NCBI GenBank assembly: GCA_977017645.1
Contig: OZ360222.1
Location: forward strand, 162,254,001 to 162,318,000
Source: Torpedo marmorata
Lineage: Eukaryota
DNA length: 64,000 bases
Direction of reading: 5' to 3'
Below are positions 50,106 to 63,790 of this stretch, piece by piece. The notes below the pieces were generated by a model. The model ran no database searches. It saw only the letters and a program-made list of their open reading frames with translations, and was not told the DNA's origin. How positions within the stretch are numbered: the first letter of the stretch is position 1; the number at the start of each line of letters is the position of its first letter. A program made the translations under genes and the position numbers.

Positions 50106-51539
50106 TTGTGCAATGTGGCATTCTACGACAGTTGATTAAGTCGCAATAAGAGCAAACTCATATTTAGTGAAATTGTGCGAATATCATTGACAATTAGGTT
50201 TGAGCCCTGATTGATGGAGAGTGTTGGTTGATGAGTGACATAAGTATTTTTAATTGAGCATTGATTGACATTGATGTGCAGTTGGAAGATTGTGTTCACT
50301 AATCACCAGCTTCACATCGCCATCTACCAAAATCATGGATGCTTCAATTAATGGGCAAAGGGGTTTTGTATGACTCACCGAAGGGCATTTGCAGGATCAG
50401 CAATCCGAAAATTCCCCAGGGCTGTGATGTGGATATTCCTGTTGAGCCCCATTAACTAATCTTAATCATTCATGAGGTCATTGAACTTCATGTTAATCAG
50501 ATCACGATGATCTAATTGTAACTTTGACTCTGCATTCAAGTTTACCTTCAGAAATTTCCACCCCTTTTGCTTGTGAAGAATGTTCCAACCTTTGCTTTAA
50601 AAATATTCAAAGACTACTTATTCCTCTTATTGGGAAAGATCTAAAGACACACACCCTTTGGGTCTAGTCTAGCTTCATGGCTATCTTCTTTTTGAGTATG
50701 GGTCTGCAGGATATTATGACATTCTGTGGATGTTTTCAGGGTATTTCTTCAATGCTGCAATTCCTTTGCCTCAAAGCCTTCAGTGCAGCATCTAAAAGCC
50801 TTGGGTTCCACTCTTATCTATATGTAATGTTTCCCTGGTCATATTCATATACTGCGTGACTGCAAGCATTTCCAGCCACAGTCCACCTTGCCCTTCAGCA
50901 ACTCAGGTAGAGTTGGTGCAAGGGCCCCATGCTGAAGAAGTTGAATTGGACATGGATATTATTCAAATTAGTAGCTGCAGAATATATGTATTGTGTTCCC
51001 ATTCTAATTTGAGTAATTCCCATGCCAAATTCAACTTCTTCAGCATGGGGCATGAATTATGATTGTGATGAAATAAAATATGAAATATATGAAACTGCTT
51101 TGAAAAATCCATTATTTTCTATAAAAATCTCAACTTGATGGAAGCATTGCCTAACAACTATCTGATCAAATGTATACTTTTATTGTATAAAATGTATATT
51201 TTAATTTACCAATTAACCATATTCATGGACATGTTTGTTTTGCCATTTCTTCTAGAAACTGCCAAATTTTCAATTATATTCGGAATAGAAAAGAACATCA
51301 ATGGTTTTACAAAGGCCTGAAACAATTTCCAAGGGGCTCAATGAATAGCTGCCATCGCAGATGCAGAGTGCCGGCAATACCTGCCATACATATTTTTGTA
51401 ATACTTGTATTGATGCGCCCTGATTTTTGACCCAAGAATAGGAAAGGAAAGTGTTGGAAAATAACTAACTTTAGATTACTTAAAATTAATCTCATTTCAG
51501 ACGCAAGAATATTTTTGGAATGTATGAAACAGGAGCTAG

Positions 51540-52200
51540 AGTTCCTCAAATGTGCTGATCCAAACTTGGGCACAACACTGCTTTCCCATTCTCTCCACGT
51601 ACTCTTTGATTCCAACTTCCTTGCAATTTAAATGTCTGCTAATCGTTGAAGATGTTCAATATCTTCGACTTTATGGCTCTTTTGGACTTGAGAATTTTAA
51701 AAATTCATGACCCTCTGAGGGAAGAAATCCCTCCTCATTTCTATCTGAATCGGTGATTCTCTTCAATTAAAGCTCTGCCTTCTACTTCGAGATAATCCCT
51801 CTTGGGAAACATCATCTCAGCATCCATCACTCAGAATTTTATGCTTCAATAAGATCACCTCATTCTTTCCTCCAATTAAAATTTGCTTAATGTTTCTTCA
51901 TGTGTCAAATCCTTTATCTCAGGAATCAACCCAGTGAACCTCCTCTACACCAGCACCAATGCAAGCAGATTACTCCTAAAATATGGAAAACAAAACTGTA
52001 CATTGTACTCTATGTGCATTCATTAAAATTGCATAAAAACTTCCTTGCTTTGATGTTCCATAACCCTTGCAATTATACTGATATTTCATTGACCTTCCTA
52101 ATTACATTGTGTAGCTGCATGTTTTTTTTTAATCTTTCTATACTCAGATTCCCAGGACCCTTTCTACTGCCACATTTGGTCGTCTCATTCTGTTTAATTA
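51540..52200 (-). mobile_element. Highly degenerate CR1 3' fragment
   Basis: catgaccctctgagggaagaaatcc and gtgaacctcctctacac (reverse of FFPQRV and VQRRFT motifs). Confidence 0.55.
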
Positions 52201-52566
52201 ATAAAATTAAGTCAATTAAGTTAAGATGCACAATAGGATGAATGTCTTAATGGTAATAAATGGTAATTTTATGGGTTTCTGAGTTTCATATAGTCCAGAT
52301 TGTCACCTCAGTGATCCCACTTCTCGCTCAACATCCTGCCCATTAAGTGGTGTGCATCCCTACTTCATGATCTTGATGTCACTTGTGTAAGTTTCAGAGG
52401 ATCCATTGTTCTGAGAGATTGTTTGCAAAACTTGACGAATAAAAGATACTTTGAAAGAGATGGATTTGAGTGAGTGCTTTGGAGATTAGGCTTGAATGAG
52501 GGAGTTGATATCTAGAAAACTGCCCTTTGGGCCATCTCATGAAGTACAGTAAGTCTCACAACAATA

Positions 52567-52891
52567 CAGGTAGTCCTCGACTTAATTGGGACCAAAGGAT
52601 TGGTCGTAACTTGGATTGGTCATAAGTCGGGTTCACCCTACCGCGCATGTCTTAACGAGGTCTTAAAGCAATTTTTCAAAAGCATTTTCAACAAATGAAC
52701 CTTTAATGAAGAATCTCAACATATATACTGCACAGTACAGTACCTTTAATAAAGATACTCAACATATGAACTTCAAGTAAATACTGTAATAAAGAATCTC
52801 AACATATATACAGTACTTTTAATACAAAAAAAAATTCGGTCGTATGTGCGGGTGGACGTAACTCGCGTAGTCATAAGTCGAGGACTACCTG
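52567..52891. mobile_element. Tigger-like MITE
   Basis: TA|CAGGTAGTCCTCGACTTA … TAAGTCGAGGACTACCTG|TA, perfect 18-bp TIR. Confidence 0.92.
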
Positions 52892-53204
52892 TACTTGGGC
52901 TCCAGAAAGATTGACCAGTAATGCTCTCCATTAGTGTCAGACTTATGAGAAGGGAAACTGAAGTGTTTTACTCAGTATTTGTAGGAAATTTGCTCAAAGG
53001 GACTTGGGTGACTTTTTTCAAGAGATGTAAGAAGCATCTCTTTGGACTCTTACCACCTCCGAATAATGTGTTTCATATGTGTTGGTGTGGTCATCCACAG
53101 ATTTTTCCTTCTGTATTAAAGGCACTAAATATTACATTAATAAATATAAGCTGTCCATTATCATCATTTTGATCAAGTAATCACAAGCTTATTTTCTCTG
53201 CTAG

Positions 53205-53267
53205 GTCTCTGTGATATCAATGAAAGTTCTACAGCTGTGGATGACCGTTGCAAGTCTCCCACATCAG
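53205..53267 (+). CDS. STXBP5: Tomosyn-1 exon (GLCDINESSTAVDDRCKSPTS)
   Basis: ctgctag|GT acceptor, G|gtaagt donor; 63 nt; matches recalled GLCDISEG…DRCKSPTS. Confidence 0.93.
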
Positions 53268-55119
53268 GTAAGTCTGTCAATATGAAAGACTCCAATTCTC
53301 ATGATTGTGTTTTAGGATTTGGGGGCTCAATTTATTTCAGAAGGGTTACTTGCACATGAAATTGATATGAGAATAGCTTGGTCTAACAGTAAGATGTGAA
53401 TGTGGTATGTCTGTTATAAAATCCAGCGATAGGAATAGACCTGGATGATAGATCTCATTGCTCAACATTTTCAAGTGTAACAATGTGCAAAGTTAATGTG
53501 TAGGTAAATTGCATCTTTCCTGCTTCACATCAGTTTGAGTTTATGGTGGTTTTCCCTTAAAGGAAAAAAACTCAAAGCTGTCTGACCATTTTACAGCAGT
53601 GCAATTCAGAATTAGCTCCTCAATTCTGTAATTCAGATGTGTGCCCTCTGATCAAGAAACCAGTGGTGGTTTAAACATTCTTCCAACATCTTGACCAAGC
53701 CCTCGTGCGATGCTGTAACAGCTCATTGCCTAAGGTGTATTGTCAGATCACCATTGTTAATTTGTTAATGCTGCAGACCAGTGTAATGAAATTATATTTA
53801 ATTGGTGCAAAAAGTTGTTTGCAGTATTGTTTACAAAATTATCTGAAATGTGAACCCTTGTTTGTGCAATTAAAATACAGAGGATGTTGTATTGCAGGAG
53901 TTATTGCTCTTTAATATTACAAACAAATAATTTGTGCAGGTGAAGGGAATATCTGAGGCAGTGCATCACTCAAAGTTTTCATTCCAATATAGAATAAGAT
54001 GGAATAAATCTGTGACATGCACTTTCTGCATCATTAATTTGCTAATATGTCATTATCCTGTAAAACACTGTGCAATAAATTAGTTGTTTAAGTTATACTT
54101 CAGATTATGGTTATGTTTTATCATTTTTATCTGATCTACTTATGATAAAGCCTTTGGTTAAATTAGATAGTGCTGGAAAATGGGCACAGAGATCAAAACA
54201 GGCACAGAATTTGTGCTGCAGCCCAATTAATCTGATCTCAGTGATCTGCCAGTTACAGCTGTGTTTTGTGAATGGCTAGCACCCATTTCAACCAATTAAC
54301 CCTGATTAAACTTGGGCTTTCTTGGCTGCAGACAACAACAAACTAACAACACAGGTCCTTGGAGCTTAAAGACTTGACTGTTCAGAGCGAGCAGATCCCC
54401 CCGATTTTAGAACATAGAACATTACTGCACAGTATAAGCCCTTCGGACCACGATGTTATGCCAACCTATGTAAACCTACTCCACAACACTCTTATCCTTC
54501 CGTACCTCACAACCACAACCCTTTATTTTTCTTACATATTTTCCATTGTTGTTCTTGAGACTTTGTCCAGTGTGCTACTCAAACAGCTTCCTTTGGCCTG
54601 GATGATGTCAAGCTCTTTAAGAATTGTTGGAATTGCACTTTCCTGGCAAATGGAAGATAGACAATTGCACTCTTGACACGCCAATAGTTGAAAGACTCTG
54701 GGAATCTGTCAATAAATTTGTCACAGGCCATTCAGCATCTAACCTGCTGTTGCAGTCCCAATAATTTTGCGGCAGATCCAATTGACTTGATGGTCCTTTC
54801 TGAACACAAAGATATTGAAAGGAATTCAGTTACGGTCATCTGGATATTTATTCCAGTACATCTTGAAATGTTGATGTTCCTTATAACATAGGGAGCTGTG
54901 CATTCCTCAGATTTACATGCTTTGTTCTGCCTATTGATCTGTACTGTTGAAGGAGACCCACCTTGACATAGGCTAAGGGTTCAGCGTGCTACACGTTGTA
55001 AAATTTTTATGTCTCCAGTACCAGCTTGGAAAGAACGTGAGCCACGAATATAGAACTATTGCTGAATTTCCAATTGGCATAGTGGTTTTGGGCCTGTTCT
55101 GTAGATGCATCATGTGGTA

Positions 55120-55318
55120 TATCACAAAAATGCTGGAGGAACTCAGCAGTTCTCGCAGCGTCCGTAGAAGGTAAAGATATACAGTATAACCAACGTTTCA
55201 AGCATGAACCTTTGGTCAAGGTCTTTACCTCCTATGGACGCTGTGAAACCTGCTGAGTTCTTCCAGCATTTTTGTGTTTTTACTACAATCACATTGTCTG
55301 CAGATTTTTGTGTTTCAC
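55120..55318. mobile_element. Fold-back Penelope-terminus element
   Basis: cacaaaaatgctggaggaactcagcag / ctgctgagttcttccagcatttttgtg; inverted relative to 14783-15035. Confidence 0.78.
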
Positions 55319-56004
55319 TTCATGTGGTATATCACTGTGAAGACCTCCTTAAGGGGAGTCCACGAGCATTGTTCTTCTTGTGTTGGTGAAGGATAATAAC
55401 TTCCAGAAAACCTGTTTTGCTTCAGGCCTTTATTGACAAGTTTCTGTATAGCTTCTTCTTCCACTTCTGGCAGATAGCACTGTTCTATGAGCTCCCTCCT
55501 TGTCATCCCTGTCATGTTGATGACAGTACGTCTGACAGCAGCTGACGTAGGAGAAAGTTGGTGCGACTTCACCAATGCCACTCAAACTCATCAACAATCA
55601 AACTCCAGTAAATTGACAACCCTTGTTCCACTCTATCACCAATATGCCTGCATGCATTTGAGGATCCTTATCTTTAATACAGGTGCGAGAAGAGATTGAG
55701 AACATTTCTTCTCTGCTATTATTCATACTTGACAAATGGAACTAGCTGTATTGTCTTTGCCGACAAATTGGTATGATGCTAAAGATTGAAATCACAATTT
55801 GCTTTTTGTGCATGCTTATACAATGTCCTTTGTACAGATTTGTGCAAGAGATTCCTTGCTACATCACTCAAGCAATGGGTGTCACAGATCCCATTATTCT
55901 GGTCTAGCTCTTGAAGCCAGAAAATTGTGGATGATGATGGTGATTGATAAATCTGTTGACATTACTCTTGGTATAAAGTGGATGAGTTCTACTGCAGAAC
56001 TTAA

Positions 56005-56235
56005 TGTAAATGTAGACATAACAGCATGTTAACAGGCCCTTTCGGCCCACGAGCCCGTGCCGCCCAATTACACCCAATTGACCTACACCTCTGGTACGTT
56101 TTTGAAGGGTGGGAGGAAACCGGAGTATGGGGAGAACGTACAAACTCCTTACAGACAGCGTGCGATTCGAACCTCTGTCCCGGTCACTGGCGCTGTAACA
56201 GCGTTGTGCTAACCGCTACACCAACCGTGCTGCCC
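56005..56235 (-). mobile_element. tRNA-derived V-SINE
   Basis: reverse complement of the 10681 family; B-box ggttcgaatc on the minus strand. Confidence 0.85.
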
Positions 56236-56303
56236 TAATCTTACACTAAAAAGTAAAGCAAACAAAACTTCTTTTGGCAGAAAACAAAATTATGTTAGAA
56301 TCA

Positions 56304-56536
56304 GGCGACACAGTTAGCACAGCAGTTATTGCAGTGCCAGTTACCCAGGTTCAAATCTGCCACAGTCTGTAAGGAGTTTGTATGTTCTCCCCGTATCCAT
56401 CTGGGTTTCCTCTGGGTGATCTGGTTTCCTCCCATGTTTCAAAGACGTACGGGGTTGGTAGGTTAATTGGTCACATGGGTGTTTTTGGCCGGTGCGGGCT
56501 CGTGGGCCAGAAAGGCCTGTTACTGTGCTGTATCTT
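56304..56536 (+). mobile_element. tRNA-derived V-SINE
   Basis: ggcgacacagttagc head, V-domain, aaaggcctgttactgtgctg tail. Confidence 0.85.
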
Positions 56537-57138
56537 TAAATTTTAAAATATTAAACAATTTAAAGAATGTGGGAGCTGTAGGCACAAATGAAACTTGTGA
56601 CTGAATTGCAGCAATTTCTCCTGGTAAAAGTACAGTGAATTTTATTCCCAGGAAAATCCACTGAGTGGAGGATAGTTACCATTTGTGCTAAAAATCAATC
56701 CCAATTTTTTTTTTTTTTGCTGCATTGCTGATGGAATGACATCACCCTTTCTGGCTGGGATGGTGGTGTTGCCCTTTTCATTCGTACAATGTTTTTCCAG
56801 TGGATGATTCTGCAGTTTTGTTATGGTTTCTTGTAGAGCAGTGGTTTTCAAACTTTTTCTTACCACTCACATACCATCTTAAGTAATCCCTATGCCATAG
56901 GTGCTCTGTGATTAGTAAGGGATTACTTAAGGTGGTATGTGAGTGGAAAGAAAAAGTTTGAAAACCACTGTTTTAATTGTACCTGATTGACTTGTTATGT
57001 GCACGGTTTCATAACTCCAAAGGAAATGGGCCAATGACAATTTTTCTCAAGCAAAATATTTCAGTAACAATTGGGTCGAGAGCAGTGGTTCTCAACCTTT
57101 TTTCCCCACTCACATACCACTTTAAGTAATCCCTTACT

Positions 57139-58956
57139 GTGTCATTAATTTCTATTGGATTATATGAAACTGAACTCGTTTCAGTTTGAATTGCGTTAAT
57201 TGTCCTTGAACTTTCTTCTGTTCTCAGTGCCAGGACAAGACTTTGTGTGCCTTCTCTCCCAATTCATAATATATTTGTTTAGTTCTTAAAATGGCATTTT
57301 TCAATTCTATAAGTGTGTAATGTATTGTATTTGAGCTTTTTGTTTAAAAGCAATTGATATAATTCCTTGGAACCAGACTGTTAGAACTCCTTTTCCAATT
57401 TCAAAATTTCTGCTTCCATTTCTTCTATTTCTGCCATGTATTTCTTCTTAATACCTTTTGTATATAAGATTATTTGTCCCCTTAAATAAGCTTTTAGCGT
57501 GTCCCATAATATAAAACTATTGGGAGAGGAGGCACAGTTAGTCTCGCAGAATAGCTTTATCTGGTCCCTAATAAACTGACAAAAATCTGATTTTTGAATT
57601 AGGATGGGGTTCAACTATATCAGTGGTTCCCAAACCTTTTCTGGCTACCGCCCCCTTGGCTCCCAGGCCACATCCCTCGCGCCCCCCCCCCTACACACAT
57701 ACAACGAACACACACCTCTTTCTTGGTATTAGGTCTACTGCAAATTTAAAACAACAACTAATCTAACACTATAAACAAGCGTATGTATTTCACAAATAAA
57801 ACTTATCGTAAACCAATTTATTCAGCAATATGAAAGGGTAAATTTACATCTCACCTGTAACTACATTGTCTTCACAGTTTTCACACTATATTGCCTACAC
57901 TTTTTTGTTTGCTGCGCTGCAGCCATATTTTATTCTGCAACAAAAAATATAAGTTCTTTGTAAAAATAATGCCAATCACAACAAAATGCAGCAGAAAAAA
58001 CATAAGGAAATATAATAGCGATGCAATTACCAGGAAAATTACATGACACAATAATACAAGTACGAATGTGAAACTAAAAAATCAAATACTTAAGAACTAC
58101 TTAACATTAGAAGTTAGAGTTAGACATAAATACATAACGAAAACTACGACGTGTAGCCGGTAACACAACATAGCCTACATATGTATAACATGTATATGTG
58201 CATTCATGAAATATAAGTTAACGCTGCCTGATGTTATATAAATATAAATAAATGAATATATCATGTGCCGCTACAGAGGAGAACGACAAAACAAAGCATT
58301 TCTAGCAAAAAACAAATGTAAAAACCATGTAAATCACAGCAGAAAAACATAAGGGAATATTGTGGGGTCCTCCAATCAGATCTTTTATTATATTATCATT
58401 TAAATGTACATTACAAGACTGAAGATAACTTGCAATGCTTACAAACCTAGAGCCTTGGCCCTTGCAGATGTGAAAATGCGATTTTCACAGTTCCCACGGT
58501 GTCTGCTGCCTGATCTGGCTGGCATGTGGCGCGTGTCCTGTTCAGACCACGTCACAAAAATACAAATAAACATTCGGACCGCCCTCTTTTTCCTCACTGC
58601 CCCCTTTTTCCTCACCGCCCCCTTGGATCTTTCCACCACCCCCAGGGTGGCGGCACCGCCCACTTTGTGAATGACTGAACTATATGAATTAGTTGGTTTT
58701 TCTGGCATCAAGTTAGACAGGGTCAAAGGTGAATGATCCGACAGGGTTCTAAACAAATATTCATATTCTAATGTTCTATGAATTAGCTGTGTTGACAACA
58801 GAAAAAGGTCAATCCTAGTATGAGAGTTATGGGGGCAGGAATAGAAAGAATAGTCCCTGGTTTGAGGGTGCATTTGTCTCCACACATCTGTCAAATTTAG
58901 ATATTTCATAAAAGCCAAGGTAGTTTTGGCCGCTTTTATTTTGGACACTGTCGAAT
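57139..58956 (-). mobile_element. Internal L1 ORF2 fragment (endonuclease end and linker), split by a nested hAT
   Basis: LTDVWR…YSFYS..H.SHTRID…SDHSP in ORF 58439..58948 continues as LNP.L…WDTLKAYLRGQII in ORF 57381..57614. Confidence 0.88.
57621..58677. mobile_element. Non-autonomous hAT element
   Basis: CAGTGGTTCCCAAA / TTTGTGAATGACTG termini, perfect 8-bp TSD aactatat, subterminal ccgccccc repeats. Confidence 0.88.
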
Positions 58957-60224
58957 ACTTAAGGTGGTATGTGAGTGGAAAGAAAAAGTTTGAAAACCAC
59001 TGTTGGAGAGTCCTGTTATTGCCATCTTAAAACTTAGTGAAAGCACAGTCAAGCTGAAACTTTGCTGTAACCACTTTCTTTTTATTGTCTTTTTATACTT
59101 TTTAATCAACAGCTGTTTGAACTTGTGATGAGAGAGTTCTAGTTTGCTCGATTGAATCTTCAGGTTTAATATATTTTTGTTTTCTTCATAATGCATCCTC
59201 CTTCTCCCTGTCATCATGAGTTCCTGAATTTAATCAGCGGCACTTATAATGGTTATGTTGTTTTCAGAGTGACTGCTCTGTTTACATGTTCAACCTTTGT
59301 TCTGCTGATGCCCAATTTTGACCCATCATCAGCGGTGAGGAAGCCCTTGCAGCCAGGTAGATGTGAGAAGCCCCAGGCTGGGCTGCCTGTTGGATCGATG
59401 AGACAGGACAGACTAGCAGATTAACAGCAGCAAAGTGCCATCTTTGTTTTGGCAAGAATAGTGGGATGATATGACAACAATTTAACTTTAGATTAATTTT
59501 TTAACAATAATTCCACAAAATAAACATTTCAAGATGATTTAAATTGTATAAGTTGGATTGGGGCTTTGTTTACCAAAAACTACCCAAAGTTAGTGGACGT
59601 CTTTTTCCTTTCATATATTCATTTGATTCACTTTCAGGTGCCACAATTGAATATGCCTCAACCTCCTTGAGCAACATATTCCAGACACTAACTACTCATT
59701 GCTTAAAACATTTCTAACCTTTCTTCTCATTTCCCTTTTGCTTCCTTTGCTAATTATGTTCATCCCACATTCTCCGGTTTTTCTCTGTCTAGATCATTTG
59801 TGAAAGACTTCTAAGTTATGTGTTAATTACAAAACAACATTTTGTAATTCATAGATCTCCTAATATCAGTTTCTTTTATCATTTTCACAGAGATCCACAT
59901 TGTTTTCTAGCTGTACCTCTTTCATTCTGATTATTGCAATTCAAATTCTCCAGCATTATGGTTGCATCTTACAGGTTTATATTTCCCTCTTACTGTACTT
60001 TGTTTTCCACTCAGTTTGTTGCATGTCGTATTGATTTGTATCAATGTATAATAAGAACTTCCATTATGCAAAATCTTTCCTGATTTTGGCATGTTCCAAA
60101 TCACTTTACTGCCAGTAAAGTACGAGTGTACTGGAATCAATTTCCTTGAACAATATGGCAGCTGATTTGTGTGCACAAAATTTAGGCAAACAGCAATAAG
60201 ATAAACAACCTGATTATTTTTATG

Positions 60225-60362
60225 TAAGGAAACACAAGAATTTCAGGTGCTGGAATTTTGATCAAATAATGAGATGCTGGAGGAAATTAGCAGCTCATCC
60301 AGTTCTGACCCAAAATGTTGATTAACCATTTCTTTTCATCTGATCTGTTGAGTTTCTCCCTT
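60225..60362. mobile_element. Degenerate fold-back Penelope terminus
   Basis: gatgctggaggaaattagcag…gacccaaaatgttg…ctgttgagtttctcc. Confidence 0.55.
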
Positions 60363-60364
60363 CA

Positions 60365-61960
60365 AAAATCTTGCTCAAGTCCATATAAACAATGTCTACT
60401 GCCTTGCCCTCGTCAACCATCTTGGTCATCTCTTTAATTAAAAAACTCAATCAAGTTCTTAAGATGCAATTTTCCACGCACAAAGCCATGCTGATTATCC
60501 CGAATCAGTCCTTGCCTTTCCAAATGCATGTAAATCCTGTCTCAAAATGCCCTCCAGTCATTTACCCATAAGTGACCTAAAGCTCACTCGCCTGTCATAC
60601 CCTGGCTTGTCTTTGTTGCCTTTTGTAAGTAAAGGCACAACATTAGCGACCCTCCAATCTTCTGGGACCTCACCCATGCCTGACATGATGCAGATGTCTC
60701 TGCTAGGGATCCTGCAATTTCTTCCCAAGTTCCCATAATATCCTAGGATGCACGATCAGGCCCTAATGAATCTACCTGAATGTGTTTTAAGACCTCTAGC
60801 ATCTCCTCTTCTGTAACATGGACTCTCCTCAAGACATCACTGTTTACTTCCCTAAGTTCCCTCGCCTCCATCTCTTTCTCCACTCTAAATGCAGATGGGA
60901 AAGACTCATTTAGGACTTTGCTCATCTCCTGTGGTTCCACACATAGATGACTTGATGATTTTGAAGGGGCCCTATTCTCTCCCTAGTTATTCTTTTGCCT
61001 TTAAAATCTTGTAAAATCTCTTGGGATCCTCCTTAACTTTCTCTGCCAGAGCCATCTCATACCCCCTCTTTGCTCTCATTTCCCTCTTAAGTGAATTCCT
61101 TCATCCTCTATAGTATATACTGTTCAAAAGATTTTCTTGACCAGAGGCCCAATATCTCTGGTCATCCAGGGTTCCAAAATCTTTCCAGCGTTGCCCTTCA
61201 TTCCAACAGGAACACTGCTGTCCCTGTACTTTCCCTATCTTTTAAAAGCCTCACACTTGCCAGATGTCCCTTCACCTCAAACAACCTGTCCCAATCAATC
61301 CTTGCAAGTTGCTATTTAATGCCATCAAAATTAGCTTGCCCCAATTTGAGACTTTAATTTGTAACCCATCTTTTTCCATGACTGTTATAAAATGAATGAA
61401 GTTAAGGTCACTGGTCCCAAAGTGCTTTCTCAGTGACACCTCAGTCACTTTTTCTGCTGCATTTCCCAAGAGAAGGTCTGGTGTTGCACCCTCTCTAGTT
61501 GGAACATTGCCACATTGTTTGAGAAATTTTTCTTGGACACTTAATAAATTCAGCCCTGTCAAGACCCTTAGGATTGTGAGAGTCCCACTCAGTATGAGGA
61601 GAGTTGCAATCACCTGCTATTACGACCTTGCTATTCCTATGGCTGTCTACAATCTCCTTACACATTGGATCCTCGAATTCCCACCGACAATTGGAGGGAC
61701 CTGTAATACATCCCCATCAAAGTGATCAGCCCCTTCTTATTTCCAACATCTACCCATATAGCCTCACTGAACATTCCCCAAGTATATCCTCTCTCAGTAC
61801 TGCCAGGATGTTCTCCCTCATTACTACTACCTCTCGTACCTCCACCTCTCTCGCCTGTTGCATCTGTACCCTGGAACATTGAGCTGCCAGTTCCTGCCTC
61901 TCTCTCAGCCATTTTTCTGTCAGGGCTATAACATTGGAATTTGATATTCCTGATAATGCA
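60365..61960 (-). mobile_element. CR1 LINE fragment (endonuclease to RT start)
   Basis: ORFs 60743..60940 and 61272..61613 (PTREGA..DLLLGN); caaagccatgctg = QHGF on the minus strand. Confidence 0.85.
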
Positions 61961-62499
61961 CTCGTTCATGATATGTTGAATCTTGATAGAACTGTTTTTA
62001 CTGAATAAATTATAGAGGTCGTGGACAACTGCTCTCCAAACTTCTGGAAATGGACAAAACTGGTTCAATTATAATTTTCTGATGTATTTCTGGAATTGCA
62101 AACTAGGAGGGGAGCACTCTTCTAAATTACTTGGTAATTCATTGGAGGAAGGGGGTTATTTCTCAGGATGTGGCAAGGTCAGCATTTGTTGCCCATTTCC
62201 AGTTGCTCTGTGATAGTGGTTGCAGGCCGTCTTGAATGCTGTCGATCTGAATGGCATATGTAATTTTTCCTTTCCAAAGCATGTTAGTGAATCAATTGGT
62301 GTTTCAAATTACAATTGGTGTTTCAAATTACAATTTGAGAACTTTACTGATTGAATTTATTGGACCCATCCTTTGTGTTTTCATGTTTAAGGTGATTTTA
62401 AATTCTTTATTTGACATGGGATTAGAATTTGAATTGCCCAGTTGCACACACCTTACCCTGAGTCAACTTGCAAGTTGAGAATCTTGGATAAACAACTGA

Positions 62500-62662
62500 A
62501 ATATACAAAACCTGAAGATGCTAGAATCTTGAACAAATATTGAGCTGCTTTAGAGATATCAGTCTCAATAAAGGGTCCCAACCCAAAATGTTCACTGACC
62601 ATTTCTACCCATGTATGTTGCCTGATCTGCTAAGTTCCACCTGCAGCTCATTGTTTGCTTGA
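62500..62662. mobile_element. Degenerate fold-back Penelope terminus
   Basis: ctgaagatgctagaatcttgaacaaa…aagggtcccaacccaaaatgtt…ctgctaagttcc. Confidence 0.55.
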
Positions 62663-63730
62663 GAATCTGAGATGACCTTTGAGATGGACAACTAAAATAG
62701 GCAGCACTTCATTTGAGTAGCTTCAACAGCCTTCATTCTTTGATTCTGAGGTAACCTTTGGTCAAGAAAAGAAAGTTGATTTATTGGCAGATTTATATTT
62801 TAAAAAAATAATTGGTGTTGATTGGCAAATGAATGAGAATTGCTTTCCAGTCACAAATAAATAGATTTATATTGCAGAGGAAAGGTTTTCCCCAATTATA
62901 TTGCAGAAGAAGGGTGTCTCAATTGGTTGCAATGGTTCTGAACAGAATGCAGAGGTCACTGGTTTGATTTAGGGCCTTTGTTGAATAATCGGATCTCAAC
63001 CTGCGTGTAGCCTTCAAATTAACACTCCATTCTTGTGAGCAGACAAAAATTGCTTGTCTACTTTGCACTAAATGTACTTGGGTACAAATATTGGGGAGAC
63101 ATGATGGAACTGACTATTGACCCATTTTTTAATATTTATTGTGCCCTCACTGATGGAGGCATTCATTGTTGAGCCCTTACATAATCTGTGGGTTTGTGGC
63201 CAAGCTTGTAGATGGTGTTTGCAGGACTCCAATTGGTATAAAGACAATGCCTTCAATGTGGTTAAAGTTTCCCATAGCCAGATGTAACCTCAGTGCTTTG
63301 AACACAGTCTTCACTTTGTTCGGTTTTCATGTGTTTCTCTTATACAGGATGGCACTTTTCTGGGAACATTTTTGTACTTTCACTTCAGCAGAAGTTAGTT
63401 TGACGAATAACTGGCCATCGTTCGATATTAGATATCTGCTTTGGATGTGGCTAGGACTGATAATTGAAATGTTCTAAAAGAATACTTTTGTCAGCATTTA
63501 TTGTCCAAAATGCAGAGAGAGAAAGGGGATAGGGAGGGCCCAATTTCTGAATTACTCAAGTGTGTTCGTGTGTGGAGACAAATGGGCATTTTCCAGGAAT
63601 ATTCTGACTAGGAGCTGTTGAAATAAGTTAGTTGTTACACCAAAGACATTCAAATCTGGACTATGTTTGAGGACAATAAAATGTTCATGCCACTTTATTT
63701 TTAATTCTTTGTCAATGTATTCCTGTGTAG

Positions 63731-63790
63731 GTTCTGCCTCTTCGTGCAATTCTGAAGATGAACAGAAATTGCCTAACTTTATAGAAAAGG
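63731..63790 (+). CDS. STXBP5: Tomosyn-1 hypervariable-region exon (GSASSCNSEDEQKLPNFIEK)
   Basis: gtgtag|GT acceptor, G|gtatag donor; 60 nt, phase 1-1; resembles recalled mammalian GSSSPHNSDDEQKMNNFIEK. Confidence 0.88.

Larger units (their letters stand above)
56839..59002. mobile_element. hAT composite MITE (family of 18995-19357) enclosing an L1 fragment and a nested hAT
   Basis: CAGTGGTTTTCAAA at 56839 and TTTGAAAACCACTG ending 59002; 8-bp TSD ttgtagag/ttggagag. Confidence 0.85.

Noticed and set aside
59268-59334. Possible extra exon (ttttcag|AGTGAC…CAGCG|gtgagg) with a small gctgatg/catcagc hairpin
   Set aside because: 67 nt, immediate TGA in the STXBP5 phase and no recognisable homology; at best a poison exon with no support.
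59638-59720. ctttcag|GTGCC acceptor-like site in the right phase
   Set aside because: No donor before an in-frame TAA and no tomosyn similarity.
658-63790. Assigning the gene to STXBP5L rather than STXBP5
   Set aside because: Diagnostic peptides (YDTVGRRPCLTVMHGKS, CEYFADCPVDLI, GLRDNVPCLK, GLCDI, DEQK..NFIEK) follow recalled STXBP5; a phylogeny or synteny check would settle it.
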